Shown here: piece by piece, positions 25,721 to 35,261 of the stretch
Layout of the letters: each line of letters opens with the position of its first letter
Numbering within the stretch: position 1 is the first letter of the stretch
Source of the DNA: Thermodesulfobacteriota bacterium
GTDB lineage: Bacteria; Desulfobacterota; Desulfobulbia; Desulfobulbales; SURF-16
Direction: 5' to 3'
Assembly (NCBI GenBank): GCA_040755455.1
Contig: JBFMAY010000038.1
Location: 1 to 42,327, forward strand
Length of the DNA: 42,327 bases
Position numbers and translations under genes: made by a program
The notes under the pieces: generated by a model
Seen by the model: only the letters and a program-made list of their open reading frames with translations
Database searches by the model: none
What the model was told of the DNA's origin: nothing

Positions 25721-27508
25721 TTGAAATATTTTTATAAAAACCTTTCTATCTGGCTCATTATCGGACTGATCGGCATCCTTCTCCTCAATGTATTTAAAAA
25801 GCCGCCCGATGACATCATCCATGTCAATTACACCGACTTTTTAAAACGGGTGGAGCAGGGAACCATTCCTGATGTAAAGATAGAAGGAAACGCCGTAACC
25901 TGGACGAACTCCAATGGCGAGACCTTTAAAACCGTCTCACCCGAAAACCCGGCGGTTGTCGCTCCCCTTCTCAAATCCGGGATAAATATTGAGGTGCGGG
26001 AACCCAAGAAACCGCACTGGTTTCTGCAGACCTTTCTTTCCTGGGTTCCCTTTCTGCTCATTATTTTTCTCTGGTTTTTCTTTACCCAGCAGGGCGGGGA
26101 TAAAGGTGGCGGCGGAAAGGCCATGGCCTTCGGCAAAAGCAGGGCAAGACTTATTGACGGCCAGGAGTCCAAGGTCAAGTTCAAGGATGTTGCCGGCGTT
26201 GACGAGGCAAAAGATGAGCTGGTGGAAATTGTCGATTTCCTGAAAAATCCTGCCAAATTCACGGATGCCGGGGCGCGCATCCCTAAAGGGGTCCTGCTTT
26301 ACGGTGAACCTGGAACCGGTAAAACCCTGCTTGCCAAGGCCATTGCCGGCGAAGCCGGTGTTCCCTTCTTTTCCATCAGCGGTTCAAATTTTGTCGAGAT
26401 GTATGTCGGTATCGGCGCTTCCCGGGTTCGAGATCTCTTCAAAGAAGGGAAAAAAAAGGCCCCCTGTATTATCTTTATCGATGAAATTGACGCCGTGGGC
26501 CGGCACCGGAGTGCCGGTGGCGGAGGCGGAGGCAATGATGAACGGGAGCAGACCCTGAACCAGCTGCTGGTGGAAATGGACGGTTTTGAAGTAAACGAAG
26601 CGGTTATCATTATCGCCGCGACCAACCGCCAGGATATTCTTGACCCAGCCCTGCTGCGCCCCGGCCGCTTTGACCGCCAGGTAATGGTTCCGCTGCCGGA
26701 TGTGGGCGGACGGGAGCAGATCCTCAAAGTGCATGCCCAGAAAATTCAGGTCGGCAGTGACGTGAACTGGAAGATTATTGCCAAGGGCACCCCAGGATTT
26801 TCAGGCGCAGAACTCGCCAACATGGTCAACGAGGCGGCGCTGATGGTGGCCAGGAAAGCCGACGGCAGCAAAGTGACCATGGACATTCTTGAAAAGGCCA
26901 AAGACAAGGTGATGATGGGCGCCGAAAGACGCAGCCTCATCATCACGGAAAAGGAAAAGAAAATCACCGCCTATCACGAGGCAGGTCATGCCCTGGCGGC
27001 ATGGATGCTGCCCGGCGCCGACCCGGTGCACAAGGTAACGATTATCCCTCGGGGCAAGGCTCTGGGTCTCACCATGCAGCTCCCGGAAGAGGACAAACTT
27101 TCCCACTCGAAATCATACCTCTTCAACAACCTCTGCATTCTGCTGGGCGGCAGAATCGCCGAGGAGGTTGCTTTCGGCGACATCACCACAGGAGCCGGCA
27201 ATGACATTGACCGGGTCTCTGATCTCGCCCGCAAAATGGTGTGTGAATGGGGCATGAGCGAAGAAATAGGCACCATGACCTTTAAAACGGCAAGTCCCGC
27301 CCCGGGCTACCCCGGCCCGATCATCAGCGAGGCCACGGCCGTAAAGATTGATGATGCCGTAAAGGGCCTCATCAATTCTGCTTACAGCACCACCAGCAAG
27401 ATCCTTGTCGATAACAGGAAAATTCTTGATGCCATGACCCAGGCCCTCCTTGATCATGAAACCATTTCCCATGAAGATATTAAAAAGATTGTGAAAGAAA
27501 ACAGCTGA
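25721..27508 (+). CDS. ftsH: ATP-dependent zinc metalloprotease FtsH
   Basis: Two TMs, Walker [33 protein letters not shown] and zinc motif HEAGH. TTG start at 25721 follows AGGAGG. Confidence 0.95.
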   Translation: MKYFYKNLSIWLIIGLIGILLLNVFKKPPDDIIHVNYTDFLKRVEQGTIPDVKIEGNAVTWTNSNGETFKTVSPENPAVVAPLLKSGINIEVREPKKPHWFLQTFLSWVPFLLIIFLWFFFTQQGGDKGGGGKAMAFGKSRARLIDGQESKVKFKDVAGVDEAKDELVEIVDFLKNPAKFTDAGARIPKGVLLYGEPGTGKTLLAKAIAGEAGVPFFSISGSNFVEMYVGIGASRVRDLFKEGKKKAPCIIFIDEIDAVGRHRSAGGGGGGNDEREQTLNQLLVEMDGFEVNEAVIIIAATNRQDILDPALLRPGRFDRQVMVPLPDVGGREQILKVHAQKIQVGSDVNWKIIAKGTPGFSGAELANMVNEAALMVARKADGSKVTMDILEKAKDKVMMGAERRSLIITEKEKKITAYHEAGHALAAWMLPGADPVHKVTIIPRGKALGLTMQLPEEDKLSHSKSYLFNNLCILLGGRIAEEVAFGDITTGAGNDIDRVSDLARKMVCEWGMSEEIGTMTFKTASPAPGYPGPIISEATAVKIDDAVKGLINSAYSTTSKILVDNRKILDAMTQALLDHETISHEDIKKIVKENS

Positions 27509-27565
27509 AACGCCACTTGACGATCATACCCTCAGTATGCTAAGTATAGGACCCGTTCACACAAT

Positions 27566-27641
27566 GGGCCGTTAGCTCAATCGGTAGAGCATCTGACTCT
27601 TAATCAGCAGGTCCCCAGTTCGATCCTGGGACGGCCCACCA
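27566..27641 (+). tRNA. tRNA-Lys (anticodon CTT)
   Basis: 76 nt; GGGCCGT/ACGGCCC acceptor stem, AGCTCAATCGGTAGAGC D-arm, CT-CTT-AA anticodon loop, GTTCGATC T-loop, encoded CCA. Confidence 0.97.
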
Positions 27642-27649
27642 AACATATC

Positions 27650-27684
27650 AAGCCTTTAGCTCATTACAAGCTAAAGGCTTTTTT
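27650..27684 (+). terminator. tRNA terminator hairpin overlapping the integrase stop
   Basis: AAGCCTTTAGCT-cattaca-AGCTAAAGGCTT followed by TTTT. Confidence 0.75.
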
Positions 27685-28753
27685 GTTGCGTGTGTGAATC
27701 TGTGTGTGACTTTTTTCTTGCCACCTCGTACGTGAGCATGGCTGTGCGTTCCGCATCGCCTATGCTGTGCAGATAAATTTCCGTGGTGCTGCGGTTCTCA
27801 TGGCCCAGGATGCGCTGGATAGTACCAATAGGAACATTGCTTTGTTCCAGGAGTGAGGCTCCAGCATGACGCAGGGCATGAAAGCGGAAATACTTCACTC
27901 CGGCTTTTTCACAAAGACTGGTCATGAACTTTTTCCGGTCTATGAACGGCCCTTCCTGCCAACAATTCGCCTTGCGGCTCCAGTAGCGATGCCAGAAGAC
28001 CCAAGGAATTTCTGGATCGCGTTCCTGATACCTTCTGGAGAGAATGCCATAAAGCTTTAAGGTCATCGGCACTTTTCTCGGGGTCAGGTGACCGCCTTTC
28101 TTCTTGCGGGTGTAAAGGATCACCACTTGTGCTTTCAGGTCTACATCATCCCAGGTCATCCTGTTTATCTCGCTTACCCGAGCCATTGTCTCACGAATGG
28201 CCCACAAGTAATCCTGGACATCAGGGGATGCGACTGCAATCACTTTGTCAATGTCTTCCACCGGCGGCACATATTTGACCCGTTTTTCGATTGGCAGAAA
28301 GTCAACACCGTCCAGAGGATTCGTACTGATCAAGCGCTTTTTCTTGCCAAAGTTAAACAGGGCGCGGAGATACCGGATCTCCTTGTTTGCAGTAAATGAA
28401 GACACCTTACTTCTCTTCAGGATGAAATCCTCAAGCTGCCTCTGACTGATCGCGCTGCATGGCAAATGCCCCCAGAGGGCAACCCATCTTTTCGCCATGT
28501 AACAATATTCCACATAATGCCGATCGGAGTTGTAGGCCTTGACATGATCGAGTCGCCTATTTACCAGTTCCAAGAATCCCATGTCTGTTGGCGTCTCCTG
28601 TGGCAGTGGTGCCGGATTTTCTAATTCCTCCTTTTTCTTCGCCTTGGCCTTTTGGGCCTCTTTTTTGGTTTTGAACCAGGTTTCTGTGTACCTGGTCCCC
28701 TGGTGGGTGAAGTCGTAACGCCACCCCTTGCCTTTTACCGAATATATGCTCAT
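27671..28753 (-). CDS. Tyrosine recombinase / phage-type integrase
   Basis: Catalytic R (TMARVSE), HxxR (FHALRH), LGHEN and TEIY; N-terminal arm-binding-like WRYDF. Confidence 0.93.
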   Translation of the reverse strand: MSIYSVKGKGWRYDFTHQGTRYTETWFKTKKEAQKAKAKKKEELENPAPLPQETPTDMGFLELVNRRLDHVKAYNSDRHYVEYCYMAKRWVALWGHLPCSAISQRQLEDFILKRSKVSSFTANKEIRYLRALFNFGKKKRLISTNPLDGVDFLPIEKRVKYVPPVEDIDKVIAVASPDVQDYLWAIRETMARVSEINRMTWDDVDLKAQVVILYTRKKKGGHLTPRKVPMTLKLYGILSRRYQERDPEIPWVFWHRYWSRKANCWQEGPFIDRKKFMTSLCEKAGVKYFRFHALRHAGASLLEQSNVPIGTIQRILGHENRSTTEIYLHSIGDAERTAMLTYEVARKKSHTDSHTQQKSL

Positions 28754-28919
28754 AAAGGTCTCCTTTGTTCGGGAAAAAAAGAGATCCTCCGAGCTTCACA
28801 CCGCCCAATGCCCGCCAGTTTTTGTAAACCCAGCTCAGGCTTTTCCGCAGGAATTGGGCAACCTCATCAGGGGTCATTATACCTTGATTCCGGTCTATGT
28901 CATGTGTTGAATGAAGCAT
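28557..28919 (-). CDS. Excisionase-like helix-turn-helix protein
   Basis: IMTPDEVAQFLRKSLSWVYK...LGGVKLGGSLFF resembles the HTH_17/Xis type. Start uncertain (28919 or 28877). The ORF overlaps the integrase 5' end by 197 nt. Confidence 0.6.
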   Translation of the reverse strand: MLHSTHDIDRNQGIMTPDEVAQFLRKSLSWVYKNWRALGGVKLGGSLFFPNKGDLYEHIFGKRQGVALRLHPPGDQVHRNLVQNQKRGPKGQGEEKGGIRKSGTTATGDANRHGILGTGK

Positions 28920-29022
28920 TCGGGGGCCTTTTTCTATTTTCCCTGAACCGAGACCAAGCGCGGCATTTTCCCGCACTAAGCCTCCTGACCACTATTAATC
29001 TAGTTGAGGTTATATACCCAGA

Positions 29023-29048
29023 AAGGGCCTGAAAGATTCCAGGCCCTT
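29023..29048. terminator. Stem-loop after the methyltransferase gene
   Basis: AAGGGCCTG / CAGGCCCTT 9-bp stem, 14 nt past the MTase stop. Confidence 0.45.
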
Positions 29049-29061
29049 CCCTCAATTATTC

Positions 29062-30627
29062 TTATGCCGCATCCTCATCAGCATCATCAGCGATTTTCGG
29101 CATATTGGTGTAGAACTCAGCCTGAGGTTCTTGAGCCCTCTCCATTTCCAGCGACACGCCAATGGCCTCATCCGCATTCTCAACAGGCTCGACAGCCCCT
29201 GCGAATTTACGGAAATAAGGTTCATCTTGATGCGCTTGATTTAATCGCGCTTCAGCAATAGCATGATATTCTTCGGATTGTTCAATCCCGATAAAATCCC
29301 TGCCAAGAAGTTTAGCCGCGATGCAGGTGGTTCCCGAACCGGCAAAGGGGTCCGCAATGAGGTCGCCTGGCCGTGAAAACATAGTGACAAGATAGGCCAT
29401 CAAATCAACGGGCTTTACGCAAGGAACGGTGTTTTTGCGTATGGGTTCTTTCCGTTGAAATTGCCTGCCAAGCGGCTTGCCTCTCCCGCTACTAACTTTT
29501 CTCCCCGGAACAGGTTTTAATCCCAACCCTTTCTCCTTGGTTCCAGGCTTGGGCTGAATCAGAAAGGGGAATCTATAAGCAGCCCACGCATCCAAGGAGA
29601 AAAAGCGTGAATACCGTTTTTTGTGGGTATCCAGAACATCATCGGAGACCAACAAGTTGGCAGGGAATCTTCCCTTTTCCGACCCCCCCCAAGACTTCCC
29701 CAGACTTGCTGGAACCTGTCCTCCCGAGGAGGAGCGCTGCTTGACCAAATCACGTTCCGGACGTTTTTCATTCACAAAGGGAATCCGGCAATCATCCATC
29801 CATGTAACACCTTTGCCGTCCTTCAACGCCTGATCAGTGCAGGATTTCTCGGAAAGGGGTTTTCTGACCACAAGAATGACTTCTACCGCCGGCTTTGGCT
29901 GGAATCCGGCAAAAGAACCAGCCATTTCTTTAGCCTTTTCCGATTCCGGTGCAGTTAAGGGTAAATCCTTCATGATGTAGGATTTTTTCGAATCCACCAT
30001 AAACCCGAATATGCTTGAACCTGAAACATTGAAATCCGGTTTTCTGATCTTTATACCTATGACTTTTCTTGCCACACCAAGGCGTTTGTCGATCCTTGCG
30101 CTCATGTCCGCCGCTTTCGTGAATCCCGACGGATAAGTCCAGTAGATTGGGCTGAACTGCATCTCAAATCCAGCTTCCTTTATATTCTGCATCACAGTTA
30201 AATGGACGTCCTGGCGGGGGGCGGAGAAAAATATCCCCCACCCACCTGGTTTGAGAATACGTAGGCATTCGCCCAGTGTTTCAGAGGAAACCGGCTTATC
30301 CCAGCTTTTCCCCAATAAATTATATCCGTATGGCAGATCACTGATTATGGCATCCACGGATTCTGCAGGGAGTCGTGTAAGGATGTCCATATTGTCGGCA
30401 TTGACAACCGTATTCCGAATAGAGGCAATATATTCCTCGGGGCCAAGCTGTTTCTGGGCTGCGCGTGTTTCAAGAAAGTCTATAATTTTTGGAAGGTTAA
30501 GCCTCAAAAAACGTCTCTCTATGGCGGTTATTGCGTGATGATGATCAAGCCACTTAACAACACCATTCACCATTGAGATCTCAACCCCCTTGGCCTCAAT
30601 CTCATTTATGAAATCAGGGATTTTCAT
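29062..30627 (-). CDS. Orphan N6-adenine/N4-cytosine DNA methyltransferase (beta class)
   Basis: Motif IV SDLPY near the N-terminus; VKPVDLMAYLV and motif I DPFAGSGTT near the C-terminus. Confidence 0.85.
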   Translation of the reverse strand: MKIPDFINEIEAKGVEISMVNGVVKWLDHHHAITAIERRFLRLNLPKIIDFLETRAAQKQLGPEEYIASIRNTVVNADNMDILTRLPAESVDAIISDLPYGYNLLGKSWDKPVSSETLGECLRILKPGGWGIFFSAPRQDVHLTVMQNIKEAGFEMQFSPIYWTYPSGFTKAADMSARIDKRLGVARKVIGIKIRKPDFNVSGSSIFGFMVDSKKSYIMKDLPLTAPESEKAKEMAGSFAGFQPKPAVEVILVVRKPLSEKSCTDQALKDGKGVTWMDDCRIPFVNEKRPERDLVKQRSSSGGQVPASLGKSWGGSEKGRFPANLLVSDDVLDTHKKRYSRFFSLDAWAAYRFPFLIQPKPGTKEKGLGLKPVPGRKVSSGRGKPLGRQFQRKEPIRKNTVPCVKPVDLMAYLVTMFSRPGDLIADPFAGSGTTCIAAKLLGRDFIGIEQSEEYHAIAEARLNQAHQDEPYFRKFAGAVEPVENADEAIGVSLEMERAQEPQAEFYTNMPKIADDADEDAA

Positions 30628-32588
30628 GCAGCACCTCCCATAGTGGATTTAGCCATTTTAGCTGTTTCTAATGGAAGAGCCTCTGCAGCTTGGATGGTGT
30701 TAGCATAGAAATCATTCATAGACTGACTGATGCCCTCAGACATGCCTAATGCGAGATCAGCATCGTTACAATCCTCAGCACAATGGCCCAAACGTATGGA
30801 TATCCGGCGTGTACCGGATTTGGAAAACTGGATGTCGATACCCCTCTCCCGCAGAAAAGTTGCTACCCGTTTCATGCGGTTAGACATTACATTGGGGCTT
30901 GATGGCCATGCCCTTTGACGACGCATTGCTTCCGATACTGTCTTATTAAGTGTTGTAAGCAGTTCTGTGGGTGTGCCGGTAAACTCACCGGAATGATTCA
31001 CTAACATCCGGATAGCATGTGCCAAAGGATCAGAATAAATGGCATCTTCAATGATATCAGTCCGGTTTTTCAGGTATGCTTCGATGATATCTTCAGAGCT
31101 ATATGGTAAAGAGCCTTCAGCAGCAGCAAGCCAACACACAAAATCCGCCATTCTCGGCAAGTTTTCCAACTGAACTTTGTTGCGGTTTTTGAGTGCGCAA
31201 GAAACCGCACTGAATAAAGCACCGAGAACACCTGATATGACCTCTTTCCAGCGACTGATCAGTTCACTTTCTGGGAGCCGATTTTCGCTGGCAATTGAAG
31301 GCGGATTAATAATAATCGCTCGATCCATGAGGTCGTTTCTGTCACTCAGGGCTGTTATGCCATTCAATATTGTCGGTCCCTTCAACTCGTATACACATTC
31401 TTCGTTGTCAGTATAAAGAGTGCGTTTTGTAAGCCCACCACCGGTGCCACGACGACAGAGTGCGTCTGAAAATGGATTTCCGATTGAGGACATATTATCA
31501 AAAGCCAGAATCCGGGTTTTGGTTGCCGCAATGGCAAGATCCCTTTCATTGCTGGGAGCACTGGCGAGCGCCGGAAAGGATGGGTCAACAAGATCGCGCA
31601 GAATTCTGCTAATCCAGCTTTTCCCGGAACCCTGCTCTCCTTGAATTATCAGGATCGGGTAGGGACCGTCTGGCTGCATTGTCGACATCACCCAGGCGAT
31701 AATTAACATTCGGTCTTCATTGCTGATGTTGAGAATATCCCAAAGCTGATCAATGGAGCCGCCTTTTACCGGGGCAGCCATGGGTAACATCCTGGTGGTT
31801 CTGATGAATTTGATGGGGCAATCTTGAGAAGAAATGACCTCCCAGTCGGGGTCAACAGTTTTGACAATCTCCCCCTTGTAATTGGCAAGATCATAATAAA
31901 TTACCCCCTCATGCTCCGCTATGCGCAGGTGAACCGGATACTCCGGGCTATCGTAACAAGCTTTGGCGTCAAGAATTGCTACGATTTCTCTGTACTCCCT
32001 CGCTTTTAATGGGGTTTTCGTCAGATCGTAATGAGCCTTAGAGAGGTACTTGCGGAATTCCCTGCTATTAATGGGATAGTTTTCGATTCGCTGACCAACT
32101 TTTACAGACGCGTAGGAAACGCCGTTTGGAGTATGAAATAAGGAGGCGGACACCAGCAGCAGGACGAGAAATGAATATTCGTTTTGCAACCCATTATTCT
32201 CGGCAGGCTGCTGTGTAACTTGATTGTCTGCCCCTTCTTCGGATGGTGGTGGCAGTAATAAAGGTGGGTCATTGGCTGCTGGTAAAAGGTCTTGGGCATT
32301 CTCAGCGGGCATTCCAATGGCATCAGGTACAGTATCAACCTTGGGGATAGGCATAATATTGTCCCCACCCTCCGGGGAATCAGGATCATCGTCCGGGTTA
32401 TTGCGATGATTATCCTCAGGATTCGGTGATTCCAAAGAGGGAATGGCCATAGTTGCATGGTCTATGGCTGGTCCTGGATCGGGAGATGGATTTCCCGTCG
32501 GAAAACCAACCAGCTCATCAGCGGGTATGGATGGTTTGGCGTCTTCGATATTCAAAGGGCCAATCTGGTTCAGATTATTTTCGTACAT
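30624..32588 (-). CDS. Replication-type P-loop ATPase/helicase-like protein with acidic low-complexity N-terminus
   Basis: GPYPILIIQGEQGSGKS Walker A, LAFDNMS, RTLYTDNE and DLMDR motifs like phage/plasmid primase-associated helicases; about 135-aa Pro/Asp/Asn-rich N-terminus. Confidence 0.65.
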   Translation of the reverse strand: MYENNLNQIGPLNIEDAKPSIPADELVGFPTGNPSPDPGPAIDHATMAIPSLESPNPEDNHRNNPDDDPDSPEGGDNIMPIPKVDTVPDAIGMPAENAQDLLPAANDPPLLLPPPSEEGADNQVTQQPAENNGLQNEYSFLVLLLVSASLFHTPNGVSYASVKVGQRIENYPINSREFRKYLSKAHYDLTKTPLKAREYREIVAILDAKACYDSPEYPVHLRIAEHEGVIYYDLANYKGEIVKTVDPDWEVISSQDCPIKFIRTTRMLPMAAPVKGGSIDQLWDILNISNEDRMLIIAWVMSTMQPDGPYPILIIQGEQGSGKSWISRILRDLVDPSFPALASAPSNERDLAIAATKTRILAFDNMSSIGNPFSDALCRRGTGGGLTKRTLYTDNEECVYELKGPTILNGITALSDRNDLMDRAIIINPPSIASENRLPESELISRWKEVISGVLGALFSAVSCALKNRNKVQLENLPRMADFVCWLAAAEGSLPYSSEDIIEAYLKNRTDIIEDAIYSDPLAHAIRMLVNHSGEFTGTPTELLTTLNKTVSEAMRRQRAWPSSPNVMSNRMKRVATFLRERGIDIQFSKSGTRRISIRLGHCAEDCNDADLALGMSEGISQSMNDFYANTIQAAEALPLETAKMAKSTMGGAA

Positions 32589-32649
32589 GGTTTTAATCTC
32601 CTGTATATGAAGGCAGTGAGACGAATCTCACTGCCCTGTAAGTGTTGGT

Positions 32650-32919
32650 TTATATGACAAATAACTGCTTCAAACACTGTTCGTCCAAAGCGTTGTCAGT
32701 TGCCGTGCCGTTAAGATAGATATAGGCCTCCGCTTTTGAAGAGACGAGATGGTAATGCCGATGATTGACTCGTGCCTCCTTGATGCGTGTCCACTGCTCC
32801 TCCCTCTCAGAGAGAGGAACTACTTGTTCAAGATAGATGGGCTCATACCACTTGCGGTATTTGACTTCCCCGTCTATGCAAGAAATTCGCTCTCTCCAGC
32901 AGTGCATCGTGTTGCTCAT
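32650..32919 (-). CDS. Hypothetical protein (89 aa)
   Basis: Co-oriented ORF, translationally coupled (TAATG) to the upstream short ORF. Confidence 0.5.
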   Translation of the reverse strand: MSNTMHCWRERISCIDGEVKYRKWYEPIYLEQVVPLSEREEQWTRIKEARVNHRHYHLVSSKAEAYIYLNGTATDNALDEQCLKQLFVI

Positions 32920-33011
32920 TAGCCAGACGCCTTCCGGGAGTTTAAAAAATCAGGCCTTAGAAAGCTCTGATGGGAGAGACCTGAGCCATTCAATTGATAA
33001 TTTTTTTTCAT
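32919..33011 (-). CDS. Putative 30-aa leader peptide
   Basis: GGAGG RBS, then MKKNYQLNGSGLSHQSFLRPDFLNSRKASG*; the stop overlaps the next ATG. Below the ORF-track length cutoff. Confidence 0.45.
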   Translation of the reverse strand: MKKNYQLNGSGLSHQSFLRPDFLNSRKASG

Positions 33012-33012
33012 C

Positions 33013-33175
33013 GTAGACCTCCGTTAAATGTGTGGTCATTTGTCGTTGACCATAAATTTGCCTTGTCATTACCGGCCGGTTTTGACAAATGGTGTGTAGC
33101 CTCCGAATAGGAAGTAAATTGTTCGGCTAAGCTACAAGGGGTCACTATGACCACCTGTTAAAAATGGAGGCCTAC
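33013..33175 (-). promoter_or_regulatory. Candidate structured 5' leader RNA sequestering the RBS
   Basis: Outer stem 33013-33022 / 33166-33175 covers the GGAGG; internal hairpins at 33033-33052, 33063-33088 and 33095-33136. Confidence 0.45.
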
Positions 33176-33311
33176 AAAACGTGTAGGAAAATGAAAAAAA
33201 ATACGTAAAGAAGGGAGGGTTAAAATAAATATCAATAAAAACAGATTGTTGACTGTAGAAAAATTAGAAGGACAATTGTTGATCAGTATATTTCTGGGGG
33301 GAAAAAGAGAG

Positions 33312-35261
33312 TCACTTATGCCAATCGATTTTGTTATTCATTGGTTGATAACCAATTTTATCGGCATACGGTTTGGGAAATGATTCTTTAAGATGCTTGT
33401 GTGCTCGACTCTGCCATTCAAGGCCTGATTTTTCGGCAATTTTTTCGACTTTTTCAATAGCTCTAATTATACTATTTGCTACTTTATTTTGAATTTGCTT
33501 ACCTGCCTTAGTCTTTATCTGTAGTTGGGTTGAGTCCTCTTTAGCCTTTATCTTTTTTTTCTTATAAAATAAATCATTCTTATACTCAGCGAGTAATTCC
33601 TTTAATTTTATTAAATTGTTAGAGTTCTCCCCCTCTTGTTCTATGATTTCTTTAACTTTGCTCTCACACCAATATATTTTGTCCTTCAGTTCAACTTCAG
33701 ACTCTTGCACTTCCGTAGTTTGATATAAACCATCTGTTGTGAATGTTGATCCGTAAATATAATGAATTTTACAATATTCATCTTCAGGTTCTTCTTTAGT
33801 ATATTCTTCATTTATATCGTTATTGTTACTAGATATATATTGATGTACTACTAAAAAACCATTTGTAATTCTATCTAACTCGAAATGACTAAATGATTCT
33901 CCTGGTCTATTAATCATATAATGAATATATTCATACCCTAAGCCTCTGAGTCCTCTGAATGACTTTCCTTCAAAAATTATTGTCCACGTGTCTCCTTCCT
34001 TAAAAAAAGCATATTCAGCCTCATTCCTTCTTCCTTTTGCTATTTCACGGTGCAGAGCGTTTAAAAATTCTTCATGAAGAAAGAAAAAATCTGCTAAAGA
34101 GAATGTCCTTCGTCTGGCAATATCAACATATTCCTTTATGAAAGAATCATAATTTTCTTTCAAGAAGCTCTGTGTATAGACTTTATCTTTGTATTTTAGA
34201 GCTTCTTTGGAGAAGGCCTCAACATTTCTCAGGGCAATATTCTCAGGGAATTCTGTATGAGAAATCCGAAATGATGTTGTCGGTATTTTCTGTTTGGAAA
34301 ATGGATTTTTACATAAATACATCCAGAACATGTTGGTATATAATTTAGCGTAATAATAATTTAATAAATTATTAAGTTGATCATCTGCTATAGGCTCTAA
34401 ATTGTTATCTTTCAGATACTTGGCATAAGCTACTCTGAGTTCAGGATAATTCTTTGCAAACGAGTTGAAGTTTGAATAATCGTAGGTCAGCATTTCTAAA
34501 AACTCACTTGTTAAGCTAACACTATTTGTTATTTGTGATTCAACTTGTTCGATTCTTTCTTGCCTTGGATTCTTGGCTCTTTTAAGGCTTTCGAGACACA
34601 AAAAGTTTTCCCAGCAAAACTTCTCTGTCGCGTCGATGAGATCATTCTTGAAATAATATCGTGGAAAAATTTTCTGCCCAGTTTTTCTTTCTAATTCAAC
34701 AAGATCCTCAATTTGATTCTCACGAAAAAAGAGAACCAGAAAATAAGCGCCTTGAGGTGGGAGCTTCTGGGGAAAACTATCGAGGTCTATCCCAAACAAA
34801 TATGAGCAAAGGTAACCACTATAATCATCCAACTGGTAAACCAATCCATCTTCGATTAACTCGGGACGGTCTTTGATGGCACACGCAAATGATAAAATAT
34901 TAAACTTTCCTATTCCAGGGATATGATCAAGTGAGTATACGACAGATGAGTTGTAACTCAGCCCCTCGTTAAGAGGCGGCAAAAGCTTGTTTTCAAAGTC
35001 CAGCAGATTATCTCTGGTGGCACGAACTAAAGAGGTGTCTCCTTTCGCGAGAATAGTTTTCAAGCAGCTTGGACAGGTAATGCCCAAGTAGCCTTTTTTA
35101 TCACCAACCAGAAAAAAGATACCATAGAGTGATACAGCCAGGTGCAGCACATCAGGCGTGTATTTTTGTCCGCAATGTTCACACCAGAATGTGGGGAGAG
35201 AGGAAAAATCTGCATTTTCCTCTAATGTTGTCTTCCCGTATACGGTGTTGAGATTAATCAA
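33312..35261 (-). CDS. Low-GC hypothetical protein with N-terminal Zn-ribbon and possible C-terminal DNA-binding domain
   Basis: CEHC...CPSC; 649 aa; AT-rich codon usage; C-terminal FFKEGDTWTIIFEG...GYEYIHYMINRPG...KVANSIIRAIEKV. Confidence 0.7.
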   Translation of the reverse strand: MINLNTVYGKTTLEENADFSSLPTFWCEHCGQKYTPDVLHLAVSLYGIFFLVGDKKGYLGITCPSCLKTILAKGDTSLVRATRDNLLDFENKLLPPLNEGLSYNSSVVYSLDHIPGIGKFNILSFACAIKDRPELIEDGLVYQLDDYSGYLCSYLFGIDLDSFPQKLPPQGAYFLVLFFRENQIEDLVELERKTGQKIFPRYYFKNDLIDATEKFCWENFLCLESLKRAKNPRQERIEQVESQITNSVSLTSEFLEMLTYDYSNFNSFAKNYPELRVAYAKYLKDNNLEPIADDQLNNLLNYYYAKLYTNMFWMYLCKNPFSKQKIPTTSFRISHTEFPENIALRNVEAFSKEALKYKDKVYTQSFLKENYDSFIKEYVDIARRRTFSLADFFFLHEEFLNALHREIAKGRRNEAEYAFFKEGDTWTIIFEGKSFRGLRGLGYEYIHYMINRPGESFSHFELDRITNGFLVVHQYISSNNNDINEEYTKEEPEDEYCKIHYIYGSTFTTDGLYQTTEVQESEVELKDKIYWCESKVKEIIEQEGENSNNLIKLKELLAEYKNDLFYKKKKIKAKEDSTQLQIKTKAGKQIQNKVANSIIRAIEKVEKIAEKSGLEWQSRAHKHLKESFPKPYADKIGYQPMNNKIDWHK

